From contig OZ024755.1 of assembly GCA_964016885.1 (NCBI GenBank), positions 24,180,001 through 24,244,000 on the forward strand: a DNA stretch of 64,000 nt, in the 5' to 3' direction. Positions 23,453-37,123 of this stretch are shown here, piece after piece. Source of the DNA: Eledone cirrhosa. Its lineage: Eukaryota. Below the pieces are notes generated by a model that made no database searches, was not told the origin of the DNA, and was given only the letters and a program-made list of their open reading frames with translations. Made by a program: the position numbers and the translations under genes. The stretch's first letter is position 1. The number at the start of each line of letters is the position of its first letter.

Positions 23453-24758
23453 ACTAGATATGTTAGCTTTGTATAAATAGAGCTAATGTAGTGAGGCAGT
23501 AGAATAACAAAACACCACTACACATATGTTATGCTTCATTGTAGTCAGGAATCATATTTTGTACTAATTCATGTAACAGTCAAATGTATTCAATAGTTTG
23601 GCTTTTAAGGGTCTGCAATTGCATAGTAGTAAATTGATGTTTATAATAGTAAAAACAATTTAATAGAAAAAGGAAAAAAAAAATTTTAGAATGAGAAGAA
23701 AGAATGGAATGTAAAATAAGAAAATATAAAAAAACAGAAAAGAATGGGAAGGAGAAAGGGAGAGGCTGATTGTGCCCTGGGCCTAGGGCACAGCAGTAAT
23801 AGGGCTGCGCACCATGGACAAGACTTCAAAAGCATTCCCATGGACAATGGCCAGCGACACCCGCTGCAACAGCCACCCCACCTCGCAGGGCCCCTTCCTC
23901 AGATGGGCCGCCAACAGTCCGAGGAACTTGACAGTATGGAGTCCATCTTGACGGCAACCAGTGCAAAGAGGAAGCGACCAGACAATCCCCAGTATGTTTT
24001 ATTAATGTTCTCCCAAAAGGATTAGGAAATATGACCAAGTTACCCTTGAGATGTATAAAAGGTATTTAACTTAATTTATCTCTAGCATCCTAAAATCCAT
24101 CTGCAAATGATAAAGCTAAATCAGAGAAACCTCCACAAATTCATTGATTGGCCAACTAGAGATGTCATGTATACTAAAAACCCCAACAAAACATTAGAAA
24201 CCACAAAGGCAGGGCTCCAACATCTTAGCTATGATTGCTAAAAGCAAACTAAAGAACTATGAGTACGATGTTGTAATTGGAGCTTAGAACACTTTTTACA
24301 TTCTATACTTTTGTTGTAAGTGAGATAGGCAAGGTAGACTAAATTAAGGAATGGAAGTAGGACAAGATTTATTAGAACTGGTTAGCAACTAGTACAATCA
24401 TTTTGGTTTGTGTAGATTAGGGTGTTTCATATTTATAGGGGAATTTCTTTTTTTTTTTTTTGTGTTGAAATCACCTCATATCAATTGCACCTTGAATTCA
24501 TTTTACATAAAAGTGACACAGGTGAAAATACAAGGAGATATGAATATATTTAGGGGTTGCTTTTTGAATGTTACGCCAAAAATATGCAAAACATTTACTT
24601 CAACAGTTGTTGATTGTAGCCAACAACAACTGAGACATAATACCTCCTGTACAGCATTAACATTAACAATTATGGATTCAAGGTTGATCTGTATTTAATG
24701 AAACATTCATTTAAAATCCAATATAGAGAGCTATGATATGAAACAAATTATCAATTAA

Positions 24759-24970
24759 CGCTTAAGCATTGAAACCAGCTATATACAGCCTCAATTCTCT
24801 TACCTGTTCAAACCAGCCATAATCAGCTGCTCAATCTGATGTTAAGCTATTGTTATCAAAATAAATAACATCAAAATCTCATAGATTCGATATTATGTGA
24901 GATAATTATATGAAAAGCCTTTACTATGAAAATACGATAGTAAATATAGAGTAATATGAATGATAAAGGG
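24759..24970. mobile_element. piggyBac-type MITE, diverged
   Basis: TTAA flanks; body homologous to 22907-23127. Confidence 0.8.
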
Positions 24971-26801
24971 TTAAATATTTGTATGCGATGTTTAAAACAA
25001 ACAAATATTTACTGAAAAAAAACATTTCCTCAAAAAGACACTGATAATCCAATTAAGAATGCACCTCACAATTAATAGTAAGTTTGATATAATCAGCTTG
25101 AAATGATTATGAATTTATATATACTTTAATTCAAGGTTCTCAAACTAGAGATTAGGCTTGAATGTAGAGGAGTCAGCTAAAGCAACCAATATTTAGGTGG
25201 TGGTGTTAAGCCAGATTCTTAAGTCTACCACCCAAGTAGACCAAGACAGGATTTGAATTCAGAATATAAAGAGCCATAACAAATACCGTAAGATATCTTG
25301 TACAATGCAGTAATGATTTAGACAGATCACTACACTAGACAGGTACTTTATTTCATCAACCCTGGAAGGCTGAAAGACAAAATTGACCTTCTCAGGATTT
25401 GAACTCGAAAAGAAAAGTGCCATAATATATATCAGAAATTATTTTGTTTAACACTCAAACAATTTTGCTACATTGCCAATTTCATAATAATAATTTTTTA
25501 AGTAAATATGAAGTTTTAGGCTTTACTCTGGAATATAGTGTAAAGTGGGATGCAAAATCTTGTTCCAAACATCAAGAAACTGACATGTTCACAACAAGGT
25601 AGTGTACCACCCAATAAAAGAGAATAAAGTCTGAGCAGAATTATAACTGACATAATTTATCAGATTATTTAACTGTAGATCAATTTAGACAGAGAACTTT
25701 CAGCAGCAATCAAACCTCTACACTTTCAGTACTGAGATTTTGTGTGTTAGCCACCCACTGTGATAATAGTAATTAATGTCCAAGATGGAGCCTAGAGAAA
25801 CAGTTCAAATCAATCTTCATCATTACTTGGTAACCTAAGAATAGAACAGTTGCAGGAAATGGTAGATGGTTATTCATTTATGTTGATATTAATAGAATAG
25901 ATTATAGTATATAATATTAAAAGCATATTTACAATAATTGACTGAGGTATTTTGCAGCCTCATTGAACATATTATCATATTTGTTTGCAATTATGGTTAG
26001 AAATAGAGAATGCATACATACACATACACACACATGAACACACTGGGAAATATGCTTGTAAAGTGTTCTTTTTAGATTACTTTATTGGGATCTAATGATC
26101 TAACGCTCAGTGATTTTGTATAAGATGTTCTATATATACATATAAAAATAAATACCCATATATAGAGTCACCATCACACACAAGAAGAAGAATACACACA
26201 CACATACACACCCATGCGCACACAAGGAAGAATGCACATATTCAGATTGTAGGATAAACATATATAGGACTGCTCATATATATACACACGGATGAGGATA
26301 ATACAAAAAGATAAGGAGTATTGCACATGCAGGGGGAAAAAAAATTCCGAATTGAAGATTAGGGTTACAGTGGCAGGACAAGGTTGGCAGAACCTGAAGG
26401 ATGACTATAGCCCCCCCCCCCCCCATGGCACATTCACGAGTGAGACAGGTGAACAGATGGGCCATCCAGTGCATATAGTTAATCAGGATCTTAGACCTTG
26501 AGTTGATCGCACACCCACATAGCTTAAGGACTCCACACTCACGGAGATACAGAGCTGAGAGATCCCATTGCCCAAACCCCAGGATGGGAGCTGCAAAACG
26601 GAGAATCTTTCACTTCAGCTTGAAGCTTCGGTTCTCATCCTTGAGCCTCCACATGCACTAGGCTTGACTAGTGTGTGACCTCATGCTTCTGTGTCTAAAA
26701 CAGCATGTGGTTGCGGAAGCGGGATTTGAAAATTATGATCATTATAATTTGTCATTTGCTGTCTTCAGTCAGAATCTTTGTACGTGTACAATAAATGCAA
26801 G

Positions 26802-26992
<191 letters not shown>

Positions 26993-27571
26993 ACATGGAA
27001 GAGAGAGAGCATGGTAGAGAGAAAATGTGAGAGAGAAAGAGCAAGGAAGAGGAAGCGCATGGGAGGGAGGGAGAGAGAGAAATAGGTGTAGTTTACAGGT
27101 TAAAGATGTGTATCTTATCATCATTGCTATACTCTTTCTGGCAATCTGTCAGACTAACAGTAAATTGGTTCCATGTGAAGGTACAATTCAATGCTATAAA
27201 CACTAGAAACTCTATCGAATTAAGTATTTTAGCTTGCAGTGCTGAAATACTTCTTTGACAATAGCTGAAAAAGCTGGATTTCCCAAGATGCATGTGAAGT
27301 CTTCAATGACTTCTAAACAATATAGCAAGCTTACATTTTCGGACTTGTGATCGTCGTATGGACAAATGGTTAGGCTTTATTTGTCAATATAACCATCATT
27401 ACAATATTACAAATAAAAAGAGAACAAATAAAAAGAAGGGAAAGGAAAAAAGAAAACCCTACAAGCAGGTAATGCACACGAACCGCTGCCAGAACAGAAC
27501 AAAACAACGATATATAGCAAGTTATTTTGGAGAAAATATAATTATATTTTTCCTCTTATATATATTCTTTA

Positions 27572-27762
27572 TGAAGGTGTGGTGGTGAAGGTGGAGGTGT
27601 GGTGGTGAAGAATGAGGTGGGGTGGTGAAGAATGAGGTGGGGTGGTGAAGGTGCAGGTGGGGTGGTGAAGGTGCAGGTGGGGTGGTGAAGGTGCAGGTGT
27701 GGTGGTGAAGAATGAGGTGTGGTGGTGAAGGTGCAGGTGTGGTGGTGATGGTGGAAGTGGGG
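27572..27762. repeat. 21-bp minisatellite (GGTGGTGAAGGTGCAGGTGKG and variants)
   Basis: About 9 tandem units. Confidence 0.9.
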
Positions 27763-27925
27763 TTTCAACAGGTCAATTGAATTCACTTGGTTAAAATAGG
27801 TGAAAAGGAAGAAAAGAAAGAATGAGTCCAGAATAACAAGCGTCTAACTTGACCTTAAAACTATTAATCTCTACTATAGGGTGATGTCTAAAAACATCTG
27901 ACTGATAAAATGACAAGACAGTCAA

Positions 27926-28240
27926 TCATATTGGTGGCCTCACCACAGCTCTGGCGGACAGAATGGAGAAGGCATTTTCCCGGAGGACGGCAAGGGAGAC
28001 GCGCTGGAAAAGCCACTCCAACTCGTGAGGCTCACACCTGTGGCTGGCCAGCTCAGCGCCTATGGTGGTGAGTAGGAAGGTGATCCTAGGGCCGCGGATA
28101 CCAGAAGTCTCCACTGCCAAGGGTACAACTGCAAAGCTGTCAGAGAACGACCGGTATTTGAAGAGTTTGGCCTCCTCAGCCCGACGTGCAGCAGAACCTG
28201 GGTTAGTCGCAGACTGCACAAGATTGCAGCTGTATATACG
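27926..28240 (-). pseudogene. CRE-clade LINE C-terminus (restriction-like endonuclease region), 5'-truncated
   Basis: GSAARRAEEAKLFKY...VPLAVETSG..G...WLFQRVSLAVLRENAFSIL matches the AE..K..KY / P.A.ET.G / QR.S.AV.RGNA pattern of CRE elements. Confidence 0.8.
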
Positions 28241-28424
28241 TACTTTTGAATAAAACAAAACAAAAAATGTAAATTGTCATTAGTACATTTTCATTATTAT
28301 TTTATATTTCTTAATGATGAATTTGACATACAGTATATTGTATTTATCGAGTTTTTATGTAGTGTTTATGTAGTTTTTATCAAGTTGGTTATTTTAGTAG
28401 AATAACAGTGGGTGTATTTTTTAA

Positions 28425-28835
28425 TGTCACCTTGTAAGATAATGTCATAGGTTCGATTCCTGGATTGGGTTATGTGTTGTGTTCATTTCACATTGCTCCA
28501 GCTGAAAATGAGTACCAGCAATAGCTGGGGAGTTTAACCTTGCAATGGAATGGTATCCTGTCCAGGAGGGAGTCTTGTACTCCCAGTTACTTCATGCCAC
28601 AAAACCGAGATAAGCACTGGCTTGATAAGCCTTCTGGCTTAAGACAGACTTTAGACTTAGACCAGTATACTCGGCTGAAAATGAGTACCAACAATAGCTG
28701 GGGAGGGGGCTAACCCTGCGATGGACTGGTATCCTGTCCAGAAGGGAGTCTTGTATTCCCAGTTGCTTCATGCCACAAAACCAGAATAAGCACCGGCCTG
28801 ATGAGACTCCTGGCTTGAGACTGACTTCAGACTTG
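28425..28835 (+). mobile_element. SINE family C plus an adjacent 5'-truncated second copy
   Basis: The block GCTGAAAATGAGTACCA...AGACTT occurs twice (about 28500-28660 and 28661-28835). Confidence 0.8.
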
Positions 28836-29103
28836 TAAGATATGCTCCACTCCATCATTGCAAAATTGAGGCTGAACAACAAGACCTTGCACAATCCTCC
28901 CAAACAAACTGACATATCTACAACACATGATGACATTCTAAGAACACAATGTTTCCCGATTCCAGACACACATAGAAACTATAAATAAGAAAAGTACCAA
29001 CATATTTATTAGTGTCATTATGATCAAACATTGTGTTGGGGTGCACAGTGTTATAGTTCAAAACCAAAATCACATTTAGATTAAGTTCACATTTCACCAA
29101 TAA

Positions 29104-29322
29104 CCCTTTACCATTTACATTACTCTATATATACTATTATATTTTCATGGTAAAGGCTTTACCTCTCATAATTATCACATAATATCGAATCTATGAGATT
29201 TTGATAACATTTATTTTGAGAACATTCCCTTAGCATAAATATGAGCAACTGGTTATGGTCAGTTTGAACAGGAAGAGGTGAGAGAATTCTGGTTGGATAC
29301 GGCCAATTTAAATGCTAAAGGG
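29104..29322. mobile_element. piggyBac-type MITE
   Basis: CCCTTTACCATTTA...TAAATGCTAAAGGG-TTAA. Confidence 0.85.
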
Positions 29323-29559
29323 TTAAATGACTCTACAAACATATTTAACTATCACACAAACAGAAGACACAAATACCATGAGTTACATAGAATACATGGA
29401 GTTAAATACAAGAAAGTGAAGTGACTCCTAAACATACTTTGAGTAGAGTGCTCACAGATATTCTATTTGGCACTCTTCTTTCCTAGAAGATACACAATGT
29501 GTTTCAGAAAAGTAACAAGACAGTGTGGAGCGTGAGCAGAATACATCACTGTTTGATGT

Positions 29560-29740
29560 ATTATCTAGGCATATAACAGCAATCTCAGCTCTCTGCAGCC
29601 ATTGGATACTTATTCACATGCTTTTGTTGACAGCTCCTCAATTTTAGGCTGTCGAGTGATAGGCACAGAGCAACGAACCAACTTAAAGTTTCTGGTCGAC
29701 TGGGAGAGCAAGTGTACATAAATTTTGCTTCTGACAGAAT
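29560..29740 (+). pseudogene. Possible mariner transposase N-terminal remnant
   Basis: EQRTNLKFLV resembles mariner EQR..IKF.VKLG; very short. Confidence 0.4.
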
Positions 29741-29758
29741 CATTCATACAATCATATA

Positions 29759-29858
29759 CAGGGTGTCCCCCAAAACACATACACACTTTGATTATCTGTA
29801 CAGACAATGTTTATTAGAATGCTTTTAAAGTGTGTATATATTTTTTGTTGACACCCTG
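29759..29858. mobile_element. Tc1/mariner MITE (100 bp)
   Basis: TA-CAGGGTGTC...GACACCCTG-TA with about 31-bp imperfect TIRs. Confidence 0.8.
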
Positions 29859-30139
29859 TATAGATATAGAGAAAATATAAATAAATTTAAAACACAGTTG
29901 AGAAAACATTAAATCTTTATGGAATACTAAAGAAGGAGAAGATATTACGATATTACTTATTGAAAGTGATTGTTTTCTGTTTTACTGACATGATAAAAAA
30001 AAACAGAAATGATATATTATTCTGCAAAGCTATGAAACGTACTTAGTTCCTCAGTATATAGTGCTATGCACCTTAGATTGTGTATATTCACTGCTGCAAG
30101 AACTTATATGTTTTGAAATTCTATTTGAAGAAATAATGG

Positions 30140-30545
30140 TTTATGACTTAGGCACAGGGCCAGCAATTTTGTGGGAGGGAAAAGTCAATTAAATCGACCC
30201 CCAGTGCATTACTGGTACTTTATTTCGTTGACCTTGTAATGATGAAATCAAAGCTAATCTTGGCAAGATTTGAACTCAGAACGTAAAGGGCCGTAACTCA
30301 ATGCCCCGAAGCAGGGTGTCTGATGCTTGGTTTATGATTTTGGCACAAGGCCAACAATTTTGTGGAAGGGGAAAGTTGATTAAATAGACCACAGTGCATA
30401 ACTGGTACTTTATTTTATTGACCCTGAAATGATGAAATGCAAAGCTAACCTCAGTGGGATTTGAAATCAGAACATAGAGGGATGTAACTATATACCCCGA
30501 AGCATAGCACCCGATGCTCTACTGACACTGCCAATCCACTGTCCT
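30140..30545 (-). mobile_element. Head-to-tail pair of family A SINEs (long variants)
   Basis: Copies at about 30140-30325 and 30327-30545. Confidence 0.85.
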
Positions 30546-30625
30546 CTATAAGAAGAAATAATACACAGGTGTTCCATCTGTGGCCTTCCAATCAATATAT
30601 TCTCAATGAAATAATATGTAATGAT

Positions 30626-30976
30626 GGAGGCACATGGCTTAGTGGTTAGAGCATTGGCCTTGCAATCGAAAGGTTGTGAGTTCAATTCTCAGACCGGGTG
30701 ATGTGTTGTTTCCTTGAGCAAGACACTTTATTTCACATTGCTCCAGTTTACTCAGCTGTAGAAATGAGATGCTAGGGACTGAGGTCCCTATCATTCAACT
30801 GTAAAATGGTCGTGGAGGTGCCATAGCAAAAAAAAGCACCCAGTACTCACTGTAAATGAGGTTGGTGTTAGGAAAGGCATCCAGCTGTAGAAATCAAGCC
30901 AGTATCAGTTCCCGTCCCACCCTTGCAAGCAGGGAAACAGCGGACGTAAAATGAAATGATGATGAATGAAATGATG
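30626..30976 (+). mobile_element. SINE family B, full length
   Basis: tRNA-like head, TCCTTGAGCAAGACAC domain, RTE 3'UTR segment, end CCCTTGCAAGCAGGGAAA..GCGGACGTAAAATGA. Confidence 0.9.
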
Positions 30977-30989
30977 TTGCAATCATTAA

Positions 30990-31186
30990 TCCTTTAGAAT
31001 TTACATTACTCTATATTTACTATTGTATTTTCGCAGTAAAGGCTTTACCTCACATAATTATTTCACATTATATCGAATCTATGAGATTTTGATATTGTTT
31101 ATTTTGAGAACAATCCCTTAACATCAGTATGAGCAGCCAGTTTGAACATAAAGAGTTGAGAGAATTCTGGCCGGATATGGCCGGTT
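30990..31186. mobile_element. piggyBac-type MITE lacking its right TIR
   Basis: TTAA-TCCTTTAGAATTTACATTACTC..., body as in the other copies. Confidence 0.8.
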
Positions 31187-32039
31187 ACAAATTATATAAA
31201 AAATATTTCCTTTTGTTTTATATCTTATATTGAAATGTTTTCCTTCTTCATTGAAACAAAAATTTGCTTGCCTGGATGCTCACGACTGGAACTCTGTTTT
31301 ATTTTCTGTTACCGAATATTTTGTATATACAAGTAAAAGTTCTTTTAGCAGCAAATACACACAAAATAAGAAACCCAATTGCAGAAACTTAATACATTTC
31401 TTCGTAATGCCATTCCCATTTCAGTTTTTTTATTTTGCTTTCGGTATATTAGTAAAGGAAACAAACAAAATATTTGCATGTAATTATCATCATTCCAGAA
31501 GTTCTTTTATAACAATATTCATTGAAAAACTATGAGTTTCATAAAGATATTATTAGTATGCAAAGCTTGATCCTATTTCTCATCCTGCTTAAAGCAACAT
31601 AATGCTAAGTTCTTACTCCAAACCACTCTCAGAATCTTTATTCTCTTTTCAGACTTCCTTTGTTTGTTAATCAGACAATATGGTAAATATGTCATCCTTA
31701 CAACCTTGTCATTATGTTTGTTGTCATTCATTCACTCACTCATTTTCTATTTATCATTTAACAGACTTATTTCCACATTACTTATGGCCCTTAACGTTCT
31801 GAGTTGAAATCCTGCCGTGGTTAATTTTGCCTGTCATCCTTACATGGTCGATAAAATAAAGCACCAGTAATATACTGGGGTAATTGCTGGCATTGTGCTA
31901 AAAGTAGAAACAATTATTTTTTTAGCTTGACAGTGAACAAAAACACTTAGCTCATTATAGTTTGTGGATAACTAGAGCAACAGAAAAAAATGCTAATTTT
32001 CGATCTCACTAAGTGTGAGTTATGAGTAACTTCAAAGCT

Positions 32040-32500
32040 ATTAATACACAAGTCCCCAGAAAGCTGTCCCATGAAACAGTGTCAAAAATCAAACTTATAT
32101 CGGATTGATTGCTGCCCGACTTACCGAGGTCATGCCGGTTGTCCCCCATTCTGGGCAGCAGTGAAGCATTTACTAAAATGTAGTACAATGAGCATTTATC
32201 TGGCCCAGTGGATTCATAGAACATTACTAGACAGAAGAAAGTCAGATCGACTAGAAAGGTATACTACACTTATAGCATCAATGCTGGAAATATACAACAT
32301 TCATATAGCAGCTCTTTGTGAGACAAGACTACCAGAACATGGCACTATCAATATCCAATAGAGGAATACACATTATTTTAGAGTGGGAAACCAGCAAAGC
32401 AGAAACATGTGTATGGTGTTGGCCTTGCCATATACAACAGTATTAGCAAGGGTTATTTCCATTGAAAACTCATCAGAGATTGCTTATCTCCGTCTTCCAA
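32040..32500 (+). pseudogene. RTE (BovB-like) 5'UTR and AP-endonuclease N-terminus remnant
   Basis: WIHRTLLDR..SDRLERYTTLIA.ML..YNIHIAALCETRL resembles WNVRTLLD..RPERRTAL.A.EL.RYNIDIAAL.ETRL. Confidence 0.75.
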
Positions 32501-34110
32501 GCTGCCAAAGAAAGTGGCGTAAACTACTTATAAAAATGTTTACAAAGTCATGGAACGTATAACAAATTTTACATAATGGTACATAATGGTACATGGTTTA
32601 AACATGGTGTCTGTTTCAAATTGGTAAGCTAAACCAAAAGATTACCTAATAAATATCTATGAAAGATAAGTGTTGGGATGGTTTAGTAAACATATGAAAA
32701 TAACTTTATAGGAATATTTATTAATAAACCACGCTGTATTGGTAATTGAGTTAGTAATGCCCAGCCATTAGTTATGTACTGTTATGTAAATTTTGTTATA
32801 CGTATCGTACTATTGGTTGCATATTTATATGTAGTTTTATCCTACTTCCAGTCACAGATATTCTTGCCATTACTTATCAACAATGACAACAACCTATATC
32901 AATCTCACAACATCCATCATCAGTTCCATAACTGGCACTCCACTGGTTACGATGAGTGTACCAGTTTATACAGGGCTAGCACTACAGTTAAGATGAACTG
33001 ACCAGCCAGTCACTAAGAGTGCAGCATCCTTAGAAAGGCGCATTACTGAATTTTAAAGAATCACAGTTTATACAAATTTGTATAATTAAATTAAACATAT
33101 AATAATTTCCTGTTAAATATATTTGCCACATAACATCATTGTGGAAATATCCAAAGAGTAAAGAGTGTTGCATAGTGTTATGACCTATAATATGATTAGG
33201 CTTAGATGAATGTGGAGTGTGTAGTAGTAAATGCAGGCTTAGTAATTTTCTTAGTGTAATCAGAACAAAAAGTGTCAAAACCTAGGCTTTTCAGCTTGGC
33301 ATACTGCAAATTGAAATTATTTTATTTGGGAGAATGGGATGCACGTTTTAGGGGTAGCCTAGGGTAGGGTTTCCCAAACTTTTTCAAATGTGGAACCTTT
33401 TTTGGTTCAGAAGCTTTTGCGGAAACCCCAAAGTCTACTATTGTTATATGGTCATAATATAAATATATTCCTATACTTTTTTCATGGAACGCCAAACACT
33501 CCTTTACAGAACCCACTTTGGGAAGCATTTGAGACCCTCTGGCCTAGGGTGTTAAATTCTCTGGCAGCAATCCTTGAGTGTAACGCTAACATCGCTGATC
33601 AGTTATTAAGCAGACATTTGTTATAAATGACATATTACATCAAGTGTCTACATAACATCTTCACATGGGGCACTGTCATACAGATCGATAAGAAGAATGC
33701 CAAAAAACATCAGAAAACATTTATTATTATTTAAATATTGAGGGCAGTCTACTGATAGAGAAGGCTTTCATTTCAAATCACATCATGGTCAACCTTGCCT
33801 CTCGTCCATTGAGGTCAATAAAATAAAGTACCAGTAAAGTACAAAGGGTTGAGATAATGGACTTTCACTCATATTCTATATCTTACAGAATAAATCCCTT
33901 GTAGAGAAGTCCAGTCTGTTAATGATGGCCATAACAATCCATTCAAGGGCTATCCATTATTCTTTAGATTTTGAAACTGCAGTAAGGATAACTTTATCCC
34001 TAGGGTAAGATGCTTCTACAGTAACCTACCCCTCAATGATTTTGTATAAAATATTCTTTATGTATTTGTTTCTCTGTATGAGATTATTTTAGCTATCTCT
34101 TTTCATTGAG

Positions 34111-34975
34111 ATGTGTTGGTCTGTTAGTGTGTGTGTTGGTCTGTGTGTTGGTGCGTGTGTTGGTGCGTGTGTTGGTGCGTGTGTTGGTGCGTGTGTTGGT
34201 GCGTGTGTTGGTGCGTGTGTTGGTGCGTGTGTTGGTGCGTGTGTTGGTGCGTGTGTTGGTGCGTGTGTTGGTGCGTGTGTTGGTGCGTGTGTTGGTGCGT
34301 GTGTTGGTGCGTGTGTTGGTGCGTGTGTTGGTGCGTGTGTTGGTGCGTGTGTTGGTGCGTGTGTTGGTGCGTGTGTTGGTGCGTGTGTTGGTGCGTGTGT
34401 TGGTGCGTGTGTTGGTGCGTGTGTTGGTGCGTGTGTTGGTGCGTGTGTTGGTGCGTGTGTTGGTGCGTGTGTTGGTGCGTGTGTTGGTCAGTGTGTTGGT
34501 CAGTGTGTTGGTCAGTGTGTTGGTCTGTGTGTTGGTCTGTGTGTTGGTGTGTGTGTTGGTGTGTATGTTGGTGTGTGTGTTGGTGTGTTAATGTTAGCGT
34601 TAGCGTTTTAGCGTTTGCGTTTTAGTGTTAGCGTCTTAGCGTTAGTGTTTTAGCGTAAGCGTGTTAGTTTTAGCGTTAGCGTGTTAGTTTTAGCGTTAGC
34701 GTGTTAGTTTTAGCGTTAGCGTGTTAGTTTTAGCGTTAGCGTGTTAGTTTTAGCGTTAGCGTGTTAGTTTTAGCGTTAGCGTGTTAGTTTTAGCGTGTTA
34801 GCATTATAGCGTGTTGGCATGTTGGTGTTGGCGCGTTTCTTGGCGTGCGTGTTGGTTGGTGTGCGTGTTGGTTGGTGTGCGTGTTGGTTGGTGTGCGTGT
34901 TGGTTGGTGTGCGTGTTGGTTGGTGTGCGTGTTGGTTGGTGTGCTGGTGTGTTTGTGTTGGTGTGTTTGTGTTTT
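34111..34975. repeat. Compound minisatellite: 12-bp (GTGTTGGTGCGT)n, 20-bp (GTGTTAGTTTTAGCGTTAGC)n, 16-bp (GTTGGTTGGTGTGCGT)n
   Basis: Direct reading; blocks about 34111-34590, 34660-34800 and 34845-34940. Confidence 0.95.
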
Positions 34976-35839
34976 TCAGTGTGATTTTCATTGTGTTTGT
35001 GTGTGTGTGTTAGTGTGTGTGCAAGTGTGTCATGTATATGCAGAAAAACCTACATATATAAATACTAATATACATTAATATATTTCTGAAATTTATATAT
35101 ATATATATATCATCCAAATACTGAAAAGTGAAGAGAATCCATCAAGAAGTCCACAATTCCACACAACCTTTTATGTGACACCAGAATTGAACTACCGTAA
35201 CTCTACAAAAACCTCTATAGAAATACCTTAAGCATGGCTATGTTTCCCATAAATTTGGGAATGATACTCTAAATTTGGAAATGTAAATTCCTTGACCTTG
35301 TTATAGAAATCTCATGTCTTAGTTTGATATAAGTACAACATACAAAAGAAATTATGAAGCCCATAACCTCCCAAGATGCGACCATACTTATCAATTATGT
35401 CACAATTCTGTGCAAGATATTACACATGTGATCAGCATATGTCCAAATGTATCATTAAAATACTACCTTCCTATATCGCATGTTATTACTAAAATAATAT
35501 AGAATGCCATCCTTAGGGATGATCTCTCTGAAGCAAATATAGAGAATACATATATACATATGGTGGAATATTCTTATTAAATCTTCTGATATGTAAAAAT
35601 ATTCTTATTAAATCTTCCATGCACCATATAGGTTCTTGGTACAGAAATACAAAAGTTAAGAAACATGTACTGCTACATATGTCACTCTGTAAATAAAGAC
35701 ATTTCACTCAAAACCAGCTAAAAAGAGAATATTTACAGGCAATGACTTCGAAACTTACAGTTTCTCTACCCAGATTATTGATGATGAGTTTGCAGACACA
35801 CTACCTAAAATAATCGTTCTGTTTCGTATCTATTATTAA

Positions 35840-36246
35840 GGGCGGTGGATTGGCAGTATCGGTAGAAGGTCGGACGCCATGTTTTCCAGCATAGTTACGT
35901 CCCTTTACGATCTGAGTTCAAATCCCGCCGAGGTTGACTTTGCCTTTCATCCTTGCGGGGTCGATAAAATAAAGTACCAGTAATGCACTGGGTAATTGCT
36001 GGCCTTGTGCCTAAAGTAGAAACAATTATTAATTGGCAGTATTGTTATAGGGTCGGACACCATGCTTTGTAGCAAAGAGTTACGTCCCTTTATAGTCTGT
36101 GTTCAAATCCCGCCGAGGTTAACTTTGCCTTTCTTCCTTATGGGGTCGATAAAATAAAGTACTAGTAATGCACTGGGGTTGATTCAATTAACTTTCCTCT
36201 CCCCAAAAAATTGTTGGCCTTGTGCCTAAATGAGAAACCATTATTA
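35840..36246 (+). mobile_element. Head-to-tail pair of family A SINEs (short then long variant)
   Basis: Copies at 35840-36031 and 36032-36246. Confidence 0.9.
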
Positions 36247-36935
36247 CAAGATATATAACCCATCTGGACAAAAATATGACTGAACTTGAATTCTCTGAAA
36301 AAGAATGCAGCTTAGTTCATAAGCTATGATATCAATGGCTATGATATCTGGAACATTCAAAATCTGAAAAATATTGTTACAATTCACAGAGTAAATGGTT
36401 GTACAAGAGACAACAGGAATGTGAATTTCTTTACAACTTTGCATCCCGGGAAGGTGGTCAATCAAAATAAAGTCAAAATTGTGAAAATTTTACAAATACT
36501 GGGATTTTTCAACATGTTGACGCATATGTGTATATATCATCATCATCATCATCATCATCATGGACGTTAAACGATGATGATGATGATGATGATGATGTGT
36601 GTGTGTGTATGTGCATACATTTATATATACGAGTATATAAATACAAACATGCAAACAGACACACTTACAAAAATACACACCGACATTCATTCACACAAAC
36701 ACACATACATTCACACAAACACATACACAGCATAACATATGGAACGCCAGCCGCTATTTTGCTATAGTTTTTTCACACACCTCCTGCCTTCCTTTTACAC
36801 ACACATTTACGCAGGCAGCAGACATAAAAAGAGAGGAGTAGTATGAGGTATTAAAACTACTCTCTCTTTACATGTGACAGAATCACAGAAATTTATATAT
36901 AGATACATATCTATGTAAACGAAATATTATTAGTT

Positions 36936-37123
36936 GTGGATTGGCAGTAACGGTAGAGGGTCGGACGCCATGCTTTGCAGCACAGTTACGTCCCTTTACG
37001 GACTGAGTTCAAATCCCGCTAAGGTTAACTTTGCCTTTCATCCTTACGGGGTCGATAAAATAAAGTACCAGTAATACACTGGAATAATTGCTGGCCTTGT
37101 GCCAAAAGTAGAAACAATTATTA
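36936..37123 (+). mobile_element. SINE family A
   Basis: Flanking repeat ATTATTAGTTGT on both sides. Confidence 0.9.

Noticed and set aside
23744-24025. 93-aa GC-richer ORF
   Set aside because: No recognisable domain or splice context; probably an unclassified repeat fragment.
30626-30700. tRNA gene (TGC anticodon-like); similar heads at 21420-21495, 37885-37958 and 20965-21040
   Set aside because: No complete acceptor stem, and the sequence continues into SINE bodies; these are SINE heads.
34106-35078. Repetitive VRVL/GACV/WCVC ORFs (also ERER/SLSL at 26671-27124 and the Arg/His-rich ORFs at 10840-11369)
   Set aside because: Minisatellite and microsatellite translations open in several frames.
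35700-35835. Candidate 46-nt minus-strand exon (ttttag...ACT|gtaagt)
   Set aside because: The plus strand reads QIIDDEFADTLPKIIVLFRIY, which resembles a decayed hAT dimerisation-domain segment. Neither reading is strong enough to call.
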